Notes under the pieces: generated by a model
The model's database searches: none
Told to the model about the DNA's origin: nothing
The model's input: only the letters and a program-made list of their open reading frames with translations
Program-made: the position numbers and the translations under genes
Assembly: GCA_964415355.1 (NCBI GenBank)
Contig: CAYPYS010000001.1
Location: forward strand, 283,819 to 347,818
Reading direction: 5' to 3'
DNA length: 64,000 bases
Source: an uncultured Planctomycetia bacterium
Lineage (GTDB): Bacteria > Omnitrophota > Gorgyraeia > Gorgyraeales > Gorgyraeaceae
Shown here: piece by piece, positions 39,001 through 51,000 of the stretch
How positions within the stretch are numbered: position 1 is the first letter of the stretch
Layout: every line of letters begins with the position of its first letter

Positions 39001-42000
39001 CAGGAGTTCATGTTCAAACACTATATTCTGTGCCCATTTAGGGAGATAACCATAGGCGGGATGATATTGGATAGTATCAGTAGTTTTATCATATGAGGCT
39101 ATTGCAGTACTATAATATGCTATGAATCTCGGAGGGCCTCTTTTCTTTATTGTATCTATTATAAAGGCAAGATATATTGCAAAAAATAACATGAGAAATT
39201 TCACGGCCTTTGCAAACTTAAGGTTAGTAAGGGCTATCCATGCTCCCTGTAAGGCAACCTTAGGAGACATAGTACTCTGTAAATTAGCAGGCAATGTCTC
39301 TGTACGAAGCGCATCTCTCCTTGAAATGCTCAAGGCCAATTTTTCTGCCCTTGATGGCATCTCTTCAAACGTTAAAAGCTCTGATAATATCCAAGCGTCC
39401 CACTCTCCTGGAACAGGCTCTGAAAAACCGAGACGGTTCTTTACATCATCTAATAACCAGCTAAGAAAACGGGTCAATTCTTCCGCGGACATTCCCCTGT
39501 CTTTAAAATCCTTATAAGCCCGTTTAGCGATAGGCAATAATAACTCTAAGGATGTATTTTTATGATGCCGCAGCCATCTCTGGATATCCAAATCGGCTTC
39601 CAAGATGCCATGACTGCGATACCACGTAAACCTCCCACTTGCACGCCAATAGTCCAATCTGCTTCCTACAGGCAGCCCTGTATTAAGCCACTTTTTAGTT
39701 TCGGCGTCATGCTCACCAAGCTCCCAGAGCGACCATTCAATTAGTCTGGCCATTCTTTCTTCGCTCTTGATCTGTGCCTTTTTACGGGCAATCAAAAGAT
39801 CTTCTAAGGAGATCTTTTCTCCTATCAGCTCCTCGATGCTGACATAGGGCTTTTCCATTACAATCACGCCAGCCCCTGGCTGATGGAACCATCGTCTATC
39901 AGACCAGCGATAAGAAGCGTCAAAAAAGAGAAATCCTTCCCGTTGCAAAGAATCCACCCATTGCTCGATTGCCTTGAATTCAAACGGAAACGGCATAGGG
40001 CATTCATTGACAATAATATTGACATACCAATCACTGAAAGCCAAAAAGAGGTTTTTCTGCTCACGATTTAAAGCTAGGAATAAGTCACGCAACTCTGGAA
40101 ATTCAGGGTCGCTACCCACAGTAATAAGCATGGAGTAGCTGTCTTCGAATAGCATTAATAGTCCCCCTTGTTTTAAAATGCGCTTATTTTCCTCTACAAA
40201 GGAACTGAAAAATCTTTCTTCTACATGATGCATAACAGTATGTTGTATTACTACATGGACTTCTCCATCTCTAAAAGGCAAGCTAGTAGGATCAGTCTGA
40301 TGACAAAAACTTACTCTCTCGCCTTGGTATGGTTCATTAACTCCCATGTCACAGCCTATAACCCTAAGCCACGGCCTGCCTCTGACCATCTCCCTTCCAA
40401 GAAGATTCTTGCCCGCCCCTATATCAGCAACAACTACATCCTCGCCTGTATGGTCGTAAAGCGCATCGATATATGGCATGACTAACTCTAAAGTAGGTTC
40501 GAACTTATTCCCGCCCTGGCGATAGAGTCTGTAGGCTTCTTGAAATTTAACATCTGTCTTAAAGCGAATGACTTTATCATAAAGAACCTCTTGCGCTTTT
40601 ACAGGATCATTTGCATGTTCTCCCAAAGTATCTATGATCCTCTCGGCTAGGTCAGAGGGAAGTTTGTATCGCGAATATCTAAGTGTTAGTAGCCCTAATA
40701 TTACTTCTCTTACTTCCAAATCCTCTAAGGCTATAAGAGGATTCCAAGCTAATGGAAATTGATTTTCTTTAATAGCGACTGCACCTAAAGCTTTAGTTAA
40801 TAGATTCTTCCACGGTGGACTGCGCGGAGAATCACTGTTTCGCGAGTCTTGTGATCCGAAAAGGCCTAAGAGCATAAGAACAGGGCCTATAAGAGATTGC
40901 TTAACCTCTGTGGCGGTCGCGATGGAGGCAGTAGAGGCAAATATACCTGATCTCCCCAACATCTGAATAAGGTATATTAACATTAACGAAATAGAAAATG
41001 GATTAACGATCCACATCATAAAACCATCCCGGAACCTTGGATATCTCCAGGTAATCCTGCCTTCTGTAATAGGACGTCCCATAGGAGAAGTCGCTGTTAT
41101 TTCTCCCTCTACAGAGCCTTCTCGTATGTCTAAATGGCATATCCTGATCACTGTTAGGAAATGAATTAACGCGACAATAGAAAATATCCAATAACTGGCT
41201 GTAAGAAATGTAAGATCAAGGACATCAAAGGAAGTGACAAAAATCCACGCAGCAACACCTAATATAACAAATATACCTGTTGTCCATTGCATCCATCTGC
41301 GATATTCTCTTTGAGCTCTAATAGCTGTATTCTGATAACCGCGTTCTGCAACCTCAGGTCCCATATTGGAAAAAGGATCATCTGAGTCAGGTTGTTCTAT
41401 AATTTCTGGCATAGGCCTGAAGAAATCAAGCCACCACGCAGTCCCAATACCAATGCCAATACAATAAGCTATAAAAAAAGCCTTAAGCCCTGCATGTCCT
41501 ATGTTCAATAGTGCATTTTGATTTATAGAGTACAAGACCCATGAAACCCATGCCCCTATGAATAGATACCATAACAGCCTATAGAAATTCAGCATTCGCC
41601 TGTTTATAGAGTCATCATCGGAAACCGTGCCTATAAAGATAAGGAAAGAACTGGAGAGTACAGAAAAGGAAGACATGTCAGAGACTATTCCTGGCGGGGC
41701 ACGGCCGGCAAATATGCTTCGAGCAAAGTCGAGGAAGTGCCGAGATGTCCCGGCGAGGCCAATCTTTGTGCCATCAAATACCAAAGGCAGCCAGTCTACA
41801 TTTTCCTGGAGCGTCATAAAAAACCAGCCAATGCCAAAGGCAGCTACTATGATAACAATCAATCCGATTGCAATAGCCCATAGGCTAAATTCTCTATTTT
41901 TTGCTTTAGATAGATCAACATCTCTTGCAACATGTTCGTTAGCAGCTCTACGCTCTCCTGTCTGAGCCTTCTTTGTCACGCTCCTAGCCCACATAGCTAA

Positions 42001-45000
42001 CAAGAAAAATACCGCAACAATAACTCCTATAATAGCTATAAACGGATTTCCACCAGCCCCGGCAGAATAACCCACGTCTGACATTAAAAATGCCGTTAAA
42101 ACAACGGGAATAATAACATATGCTTTTGCCTTGATCGCCTTTTCTGCCTCTGTTTTAGGCAAAACTAAGAAAGGTATCAACCGAATAATATCCGAGATAC
42201 ACCCTGCAAGAAATAAAATATTTATCTCACCAAGAAAAATCAGAACATGTGATCCACTGTTCAAACCAATACGAACTAATATAAAACCTGCGATACTGTG
42301 TATAGCTGCAGGCATTATTAACGTAAAAATCCAACCCAAAACAGAATCAGGGAAAACTTTAATGTCAGCTTCAAAACCCATAGCAAATCTCCTTACACTT
42401 GCTCCCTCTGCCCCAAACAATCTAGCTACCCATACATGAATCATTTCATGAAGTAACGTCAGACCAAAAATAGCTGGTATCACTAATCGAGCAGCATCTG
42501 TTTCCTTCCACACATTTTTTAAAGAAGCCAAACTTACGGAACCATTTAAGAGATCAGATATAATCCCATAACCAGGGATGCCAAGTAAAACGATATAGAC
42601 GGAAATTACGAAAATGGAAATGATAGCCACTGTTAAAATTAATGGAGCACTTTCTTCTTCTGGATCATTATCTTCTGGATCACTATCACCCAATCTGCTG
42701 TATGCTTTGGTGTTTCTTGCAATAATCATTATGATTAAAAGTGCTGATGCTGCAATTAATATTGCTTTAAAAATCATTTGAGATGTAGCAGGACTGAGAG
42801 TAAGTTCAAGTTGCTTTGACTGCTCCACGGCAGCAGTCAAAGCTGTTGCGTCCTGAGGCTGCGGTATATATGTATCAGCTATAAGTCCTCCGAAAAAACC
42901 TATCAAGAAACAGATAACCGCAGGGCCAAAAGAAGTTCTATCTCCTGGCTCTTTTCCTAATTCTGAAAGGCCTAATCCGAATACCATCCCTACAATTCCC
43001 AAAACAACAGCAGTTACTAAAGGAGTAATTTCAGTGGAAGAACTTGTCTCTGAGTTTACGCAGCCAGATAGGAATAAAAGAACAGATAATATTAATAATA
43101 TAAGCGGGGCTCGTGAATACCAAGAATCTCTATCTTCTGACTTAGCAAAGATAGAACCCATGAATAGAAAACCAAGAGATTGCTTCACACCTGCGGTGCT
43201 CGCAATGACAGGACTCAGTGCGCCATTAAAATTAGCAGCAACAGGCATCATAGAGCTTGAAATTTCTGACGCTATAAAAAAATGATAGATTATTAAACCT
43301 ATAATAACTAAAAACAGAAGCTGGAACATGGCTTTGATAATTTTTTGGCGCATTGTAAGAGGAGGGCCAGTTTCAATACATCCTCCGCATTGTACAACCT
43401 TACTAGGGATCTCAACGGATGGGTTCAATTTTTTGCCTACTATTCCTAAAATAATGTGCACAAGAATAAATAGAATGCCTCCTATCCACGCAGCTGCTCT
43501 TAGAGAAAGATCTTTATATATCAGAAGCCACCCAACTCCTAACATAAGCAAATTAAAGATAGACCATAAAAACTTTCTTACTCTTATATATTCCTTAGAT
43601 ACATTGGTGTCAAAGACAACGTAGCTGCCTCCACTGCATTGTGCACTTTCCCCTGTATTATGCTTACGCTGGCCAATACCTAAGATAATGAACATAGAAA
43701 CATAACTTTCCGTTTCAGGCGCGAATAAGCCAGAACCAAATATTTCACCCCAGGTAGACAATACAATACTAAAATTCTTCGTAGCTAACCATGCTGCAAT
43801 AGCTGCAACACCAAGAAGAACCAATCCTAATTTAGGTCGTTTATTTAAAAAGGATGCGATAGCGAACCACGTAGCCCCAATTATAGCAGCAGAACCACCT
43901 ATGGACCATAAGATAGGCTGTATTAAAAGATCCTGAACGCCTTCTGCGCCATGATAGATCTTCCAACGGTTAAAAGGCATGACTACTTTAAGATCGAATG
44001 TCAGCTTCGCATACAATGCAAACAAAATAGCAAAAACAACAAAAAGTGCAGCGCCTATCACAATCATCCAAAACATGGCTTGATTAGTAAGTTTTGTTCG
44101 AGCGCGATATAAAATCTCTCTTTCACTTGGCGCAGCAAAATCTTGTCGTGCTAATTCTTCTTCCGTTTGTCTCCGCGGAAGTTCTTTTTCAAGAAAATCT
44201 TCAAAAATATTTAAACGCTCATCGTCAGATCCGCCTCTTCCTGTAGTACAAAATAATACTGGCAATAATATATCAGGAGAAGCAGGGAGATGTGAAGTTA
44301 AGAGCTCTATCGCAGGCGATATAGCGGAATTTGGGTTATTATCAGGCAACGCTGATATTAGACCTAAAACTAAAGCGAAAATAACAATAATTGCAATAAT
44401 ACAGAACGCAGTCGAAAATTTCAGTTTTTCTGATGATTCAATATAATCATATTGTGTTTGTGTAGCAGAGACTTTCCCTAACTGTTGCCTGCGTCTTCTT
44501 AGATCCTCTGTAGCTTTTATTATTTTTCTTATGACTAAGGACATAATGATAAGTAAAACAACCTCCCCTGCTAAAAAAGCATATGAAAACGTATTTGCAT
44601 CTTCACCATGATGTCCTGGATGTCCTGCGGCTAGTACTTGAGAAATAGGAATTGCTGAAAGGATTAAAGCAAAAACAGGTATTGCGAGGATCTTAAGAAG
44701 TTTATACCATGGAGGGCTGCGTGGAGACTTGTTATTCCTCCAACCTTTCGATCCAAAAAGAGTTGCGACTATAAGCGCAGAACCAATAAGAGATTGCTTT
44801 GCGAAGTTTATCCCGAGCGCAGTCGAGGAACTCGCAACAACATCCTTGCCTGCCATAGCAATCAGAGACATATTGTCGAATAAATTCGTAAACGATATAG
44901 AAAGCCCAAAAACATGTCTAAAAGGAGTTTTTAACATCCAGATCAGATTTCTCCAATCAAACAAATCCAACACCGACAAACATCCTATAACAAAAACTAA

Positions 45001-48000
45001 GATAATAACTGAAACTATTACAGGCACTCGCCGCGCCACCTTTTTCTTTATTTCTTTATATTTTTGACCTGCTGCCTCTCTTCTCCTAAGATTTTCTATT
45101 CCTTCTGCATCGGGTCTTATGATAACTATAGCCTCATTATCTAACTTTAAAGAATCCCAATAAAAATTAAGGATTTTGTCTGTAACAACACCAATTAAAT
45201 TTATAATACTATGAGCCATTATAGCGGCTAACATTCCGGCAAGCCTCCCATATAAGATATTGCCTATGGTATAGAGAATAAGAAAGAACCCCCTATAAAG
45301 AAAATACACGATTCTAGTTTTTGTAGAATCAGCACTATGAGCAAATGAAAAAATACCACAAAGGACAACCGCCCCTAATATCAAATTATTGAGCATTGAG
45401 TCAAAGACAATGACATAACAACCAATGTATAAAAATTCCTCAAACAAAGGAAATATAGACACCTTGAAGAAACTTGTTACTATGCTCTTTTCCGGAAGCA
45501 ATCCGTTTATTAGAGGGGCTTGTATAAGTATTGATGCTTGCACAGCAAGCAGAGTAAGAATATGCCATATTAGCAAAGAAAATCTAAAATCTTGAATTTG
45601 GATTAAATCAAAAATATCCCATATCAAACATGAAGATAAAACTACTGAAAAAACAAAGAATATAACTCCAGAACGCCATGAACCAATAATATCTAAATCA
45701 TTTTCTTCTGGATACTTTGCAGTTAAGATCTTTTTCACTAAACGCCATATCAAATAAAACTCAAGAGTCATTATAATAAAATTGGCTATAAGAGCTCCTG
45801 TTCTAATGTCAAAAGCCCTGGCAAGAAGGATTAAAGTAAGAGTGGGTATTGCGAGGATCTTAGCAAGTTTATACTTAGGCGGGCCGCGGGTAGAATTGCT
45901 GTCTCGCGAGCCCTGTGATCCAACAAGACCCAAGAACATAAATGGAAGACCGGCAAGAGATTGCTTCGCTTCGCTCGCAATGATGGAATAGATTCCCGCT
46001 TTCACGGGAATGACATTGGTTGTAGAGAGGAAATAGGTTATACCTATGAATAATAATATTGCGGTTGCTGCTGTGGGGGCTGCTGGAGCAGTTGGCTTAG
46101 CTGAATCGCCGTTAGTCTTTTCATTAGCTATAACTATCACTTTTTTTAAATACTTACGGTCTTTGATAAAATTTTCGTCTTCTTTGAACCACTCTATATC
46201 AAGAGCTGGGAATCTCTGTTTGTCATTCAATAAATCACGCATCTTTTCAAAGACCTTTGAAGCCAAAGCTTTTGCTTCAAGATAAAGCTCTATAATGCGT
46301 TCCTTGAGTTCCTCATGGGAATCCTCTTTAGCTATCCTGCTTAATGTTTCCGCCTTGTCAAATACCTCATCTACTTCTTTAAGAGCCTCTTCGATTTCGT
46401 ATCTAAACAAACGCTTCTGAGCCGTTATAGTCTCTATCTCCGCACTAAATAATTCCACAACTGTCTGGGATGAGTAGACTCTATCTTTTTCGTCTTTTAA
46501 CAAGCTATAGTCATAATTATCATCGAGTGAGTTTAGTAACTCACGTCCTTCTTGTATCTTTCTGTAAGCTGCCCCAGGATTAGGTTCTCTACCAGGCTCT
46601 GCCTTAGGATCTTTGCCTGGTTTTACTCCTTTGAGTAATTCTTCTGCTTGTAAAATAATTATTGCAAGACGATTCTCAAACCTTGCTAATTCCTCTTCAA
46701 TAAACTGTCTACTGATATCATGTATTATGCCTGAGAAAGTTCTTATATTGCTAATATATTCACTATTTTTTATATTCTCAGGTGCTGCTTTTAATACATC
46801 TATTAATTCATTGCATTTCTCATGTCCAAGCACTCTATCCCTAGTCTCTTTATGCGCTACATAGATATCCTGCACATAAGGCACCAGACTAATCACAAAT
46901 TCTGTTATCTCTATTGCCAGAAGCAATGCAATACGGACTGCTTGTATTTCCTCTAATGACTGCCATAGATTGCCTCTATCGTCCTCTCCTGGTTTGATGA
47001 TCTCTAGTGCTCTAGAATAATTTTCCAAAGCCCCCTCATAGTCACGTGCGGCAAATAAATGCCACGCCTCATCGGCATAATCTGCCAGTCGGCTCTTTAT
47101 ATTCCTGAAAATTTGAGCGTTTTGTATTGCTATAAGGCTGGTGTAGATCTCGTCTGCTTCAGTAGATATTTCTTTTAATAAAGCATCGATATCATCATGC
47201 CTGATAAATGAAGTAGGCAGCCTCATTTCACGCAGTAATGCCTCTGGATCCTTTAAGGATTCAGCCAGGTTAAGGGCCTCGATCAAGTTAGGCTTTCCGT
47301 CTTCTGATAAGGCTTGTTCTATTGCTTTTATCTTTTCCATAGATGCTCCAAGCCATTTTTCTATACGCGCTGTCCTTATCCTTATCGTATCTGCTTTAAT
47401 CCTTTGTGGTTCACCTGTCTGTTCAGTAGTAATTCTTATAAACTCTACGAAATCTTTCCTTTGCGTAGCCAATGCTTCTTGTTCTTCCCGTTCTGCCCAT
47501 TCTATTCTTTTATTTCTAAGCGCCTTTACCACCATAACTGGATTAAACATCTTTTCAAAAATAACGCTATCGTCACCGGCAACCTCTATCTTAACAGTGC
47601 CATACCGAAATACATTTGCCCAAAATCCCTCCAGCAATGCCTCTTCGCTCTGGATCTTATCAAATGGTATCTCCTTTTTGTCGCTATCTTCTGGCGGGAA
47701 GCCAGGAAATGTCGGTATCTTAAAAACAAACCCTATCCTGTCTTCTCTTAAGATAAATTCATCATCTTTCCAATCCTCAACTGCATACCAGAACTTGTAT
47801 AATGCAGCCAATAAAGGTACAGCAGCAGAAATAATAGCTCCTCCGCCTATCACTCCCGTTAAATCCAGCAAGAAAACTATCAATGATATTAAAACAATAC
47901 CTTCGGAAATAAGCCCTGAATAATCATTTCTCTTATCCTCTTCATCATCCTCTTTTTTATTAAAATTAAAAGCTGCTAGATGCATTAAAAATATCAATAT

Positions 48001-51000
48001 TACGCTTATGCCGAGCCAAACAAGAATGCCGAGAGAAAATACTTTGGCAACAGTTAAATAGAGCATGACCGTAATTGCTCCATGTGCTAATAAACTTAGG
48101 GCTGGCAAGAAAGCCTGCCCTATTAAAATAAACGGGTGTTTACGATAGTAAATCTCTTTATCTTCTGACCAGCGATGCGCAGGGAAAAACGGCAAAAGCC
48201 TTTGCTCACTTCCTATGTTTTTCTGCTCTATTTCTCTCATGGCCTTCTGACGAGCTTTTTCAGCCTCTACTCTCTTTAAAACTGCCTCATCCGGCTCCAA
48301 GCCTCTTCGCCTGGCAATCTCTATATCCATAAGATCTGTATCATGCGCTGCTCTTCTCTTCTCCTCGATCTCCTTGGCTTTCTCTACTATAGTTACTACC
48401 TCTTTTGCTTTAGCCGCAGAAATGGGCCCAAATACTATCTCTTTCTTGTGACCAGCTGAATCTATTTCAACAAAGCATGTCCCAAAAATACCCTGTAAAA
48501 AAGTCGACTTTATGCTATTATGCTGATATTTTTCCAAGTCTATAGACACATCTGCTCTTAAAGAAAATAATATGTTTTCAGTCGCTGCGACACGCCTGTC
48601 AGTAACTACAATAAAATCATTTACAGAATCATGCCAAACATAAGCCAAAAATGCGCCATATATGCCTAAGACTATTCCGCTTGTAAATATGAATGTACTT
48701 AAAGACATGATCTTTAAAATACCTAGCTTAAAAACAAAGAATGGTAAAACAAATATCGTTAAGGCTAAAAGAGTAACAGGCAGAGCTATGCGTATTAATA
48801 GGTGAGAAATATGTTTTGTCTCGCAAAACAAGACTTTTTCTCCCTCTGTAAGCCATTTGAAATCCTTGCCTTCTAAGACTGGCAATTCTTCTTCAGCGCC
48901 ACCTTCAGTTACTACTATGGCATCTCTAGGAGTTTCGTTAGTCTCATATGCCACTGGCGGAAGATCAGTAGCGACACTGATCATGGTATCTTTGGTCTCT
49001 GATTCTTCAATTAAAGTTCTTAAAGCACTGAGATCTGGTTCTTTTGCCACAACAGGGATCCCTTCTATTGCAGTTTTTACTGCTCCTGCAATGCCCTGGC
49101 CTATTTTCTCTATTTCTTTCACGATATCTCTTAGGTTATTCTTTATGCGCGCGCGAATAATACCTATTTTAGTATTGATATCTGTCAGTTCGACTTTTGG
49201 AAAATCAAATAAAACAGGCTCTGGTACTTTCTTAGATATAGGTATTGATGACAGATCGAGATCGCCTCCAGTAAGAGGAGACAATAACGCATGGCGCTCA
49301 CGACCACCGCGAGACAATGATTCTCTAAAGCTATCGCTGAGCATGTCTTGGCTACGGGAAGAAACTTCTTCTCCTGCTCCGAATGAAGCCATTACTGCTG
49401 TTGCAGTGCCAGCAGCTGCAGCTCCTCCTGCAGCTATCTCTGCTGCCTCTGCAACTCCTGCAGCCAATTCTGCAGCCGCAGCCATCCTTCGCGCTTTCAT
49501 GATACGAGAAACAGCAGTTATTGCACCAGTTAAACTCGCAAGGGAAATGCCTCCGCCAACACCCATTAAAACAGCGGCTTCGCCTGGCTCTTTACCTGTA
49601 ACAAACATTATGCCGACAACTACTACTGTTACAAGGCCTATAACAAGGCCTGCGACAATGAGTATCTTTGCCAAAAGCGAGACCTCGCCATCTCCATCTT
49701 CATCATCTCTATCTCTTCTTCTCGGCCATTCTCTTTCTGGTCTATCCTTCTCAACAGGCCTATCCTTTGGCTTTATCTCAAACTTTGGTAGTTTTGGAAA
49801 CAAGTCACCTAGCTTAGGAGGATCCCATTCCCTTGGTTCTCTTTTAGGCCTCTCGCGTTTTACCCTAGGTTCTCTCTTAGGAGTTGGTCTTTTTTCACGG
49901 TCAGGTTTTCGTTCAAGCAATCTCTTCAGCACAGAAATAATCCCACCTGCTGCGCCTATTGCGCCAGCTCTCATCATAGCGGCGATCGCCTTAGGCGTCA
50001 GCCTCGGCCCCAGATCACTGATTGCCTGGATAATGGCGCTGGATTCTTCTTCATCATCAGCTTTTAAGAAATTAAGGACAAAGCCGACGCAATCCCGCAC
50101 CAGTGAGATTGAATCATGCAATACGGCTCCGAAATTATCGTTAAATAGTTTAGCTATCGGCCAATCTTTTGGCATCCCAAGAGCCACTAATGCTGCTTCC
50201 TCTGAATTCATGTCTTGCTGCGATATACCTTTCCTGCCTATCTCACTAAAATAAACAGTGTGGCTGAGGGCAATATTTATATTCGCAAATAATTCCAGCG
50301 CATAATTATCAAGGGTCTTGCGGAACTTGTCCAATGTAACGGAATCTTTATTGCCTTTCCTCGCATTTTCTATAAGATTGTCTATGATATCTTCTACCTC
50401 TAGCTTTGTCTTAAAGAGACGGTTTAGGGCATTTTGTAACTTAGTCTTGTCTTTACTATATTTATAGACATCCAGATGTTCCATGATATAGGCAATGCGT
50501 TTTTTATAGCTCTCCAGGCTATCAGAAGAAGCTCGTTTAAGGGCATTCACTAAATGATCAAGCGCATCTTCTGCTCCTTCTACTTCCAGGGAATTTGATT
50601 TTCTAAAAACCTGTACCAGCATAACAATGCCTTCATAACAATCTCTGCCGACTAACTGAAAACCTGCCCAGCGAGCGATCTCTCTATTTACTGCAATGTT
50701 CTGCTTTATAAGCTCTTCTCTCTCATCCGTAGAATCATTATTTGCTAAAATATCTTGATCGTCACCCGAAATCGCCAATTGCTCGTTTAATCTATCTAGA
50801 TCTTCTGATAATTCTTTGGCGCGCGCTTCTAACCAGTTTATATACTGATTTACGCCATCTTCTCTATCTATAAACACCCTATCCATCTGTTCTGGAGTCG
50901 TCTTTCCCAGCATTTCCTCATGGTTACGCAGCATTTCTTCTCCCTGCCTAAGGTCATTTTCCTCTGCTGCTATATCTGCAACATCAGTTTCTAACTCAGC

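Noticed and set aside
36380-45990. KQSL-motif repeats interpreted as genuine C-terminal sorting signals (PEP-CTERM, LPXTG, GlyGly-CTERM and similar) marking the ends of separate genes
   Set aside because: No in-frame stop follows any copy and the frame continues, so they are internal. The signature residues do not match any named sortase, exosortase or rhombosortase signal I know. I kept them only as a 'sorting-signal-like' hypothesis in the findings.
48857-50254. 465-aa + strand ORF from the supplied track, the largest listed (and, by extension, essentially all other + strand ORFs in the track)
   Set aside because: The translation is low-complexity (Ser/Leu/Ala/Pro-rich, no recognisable motifs) and it lies antisense to a minus-strand frame that carries PH-like domains and is verified stop-free. 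This is the classic signature of shadow ORFs opposite a real gene in AT-rich DNA with biased codon usage. None of the + strand ORFs showed a recognisable domain when I read them.
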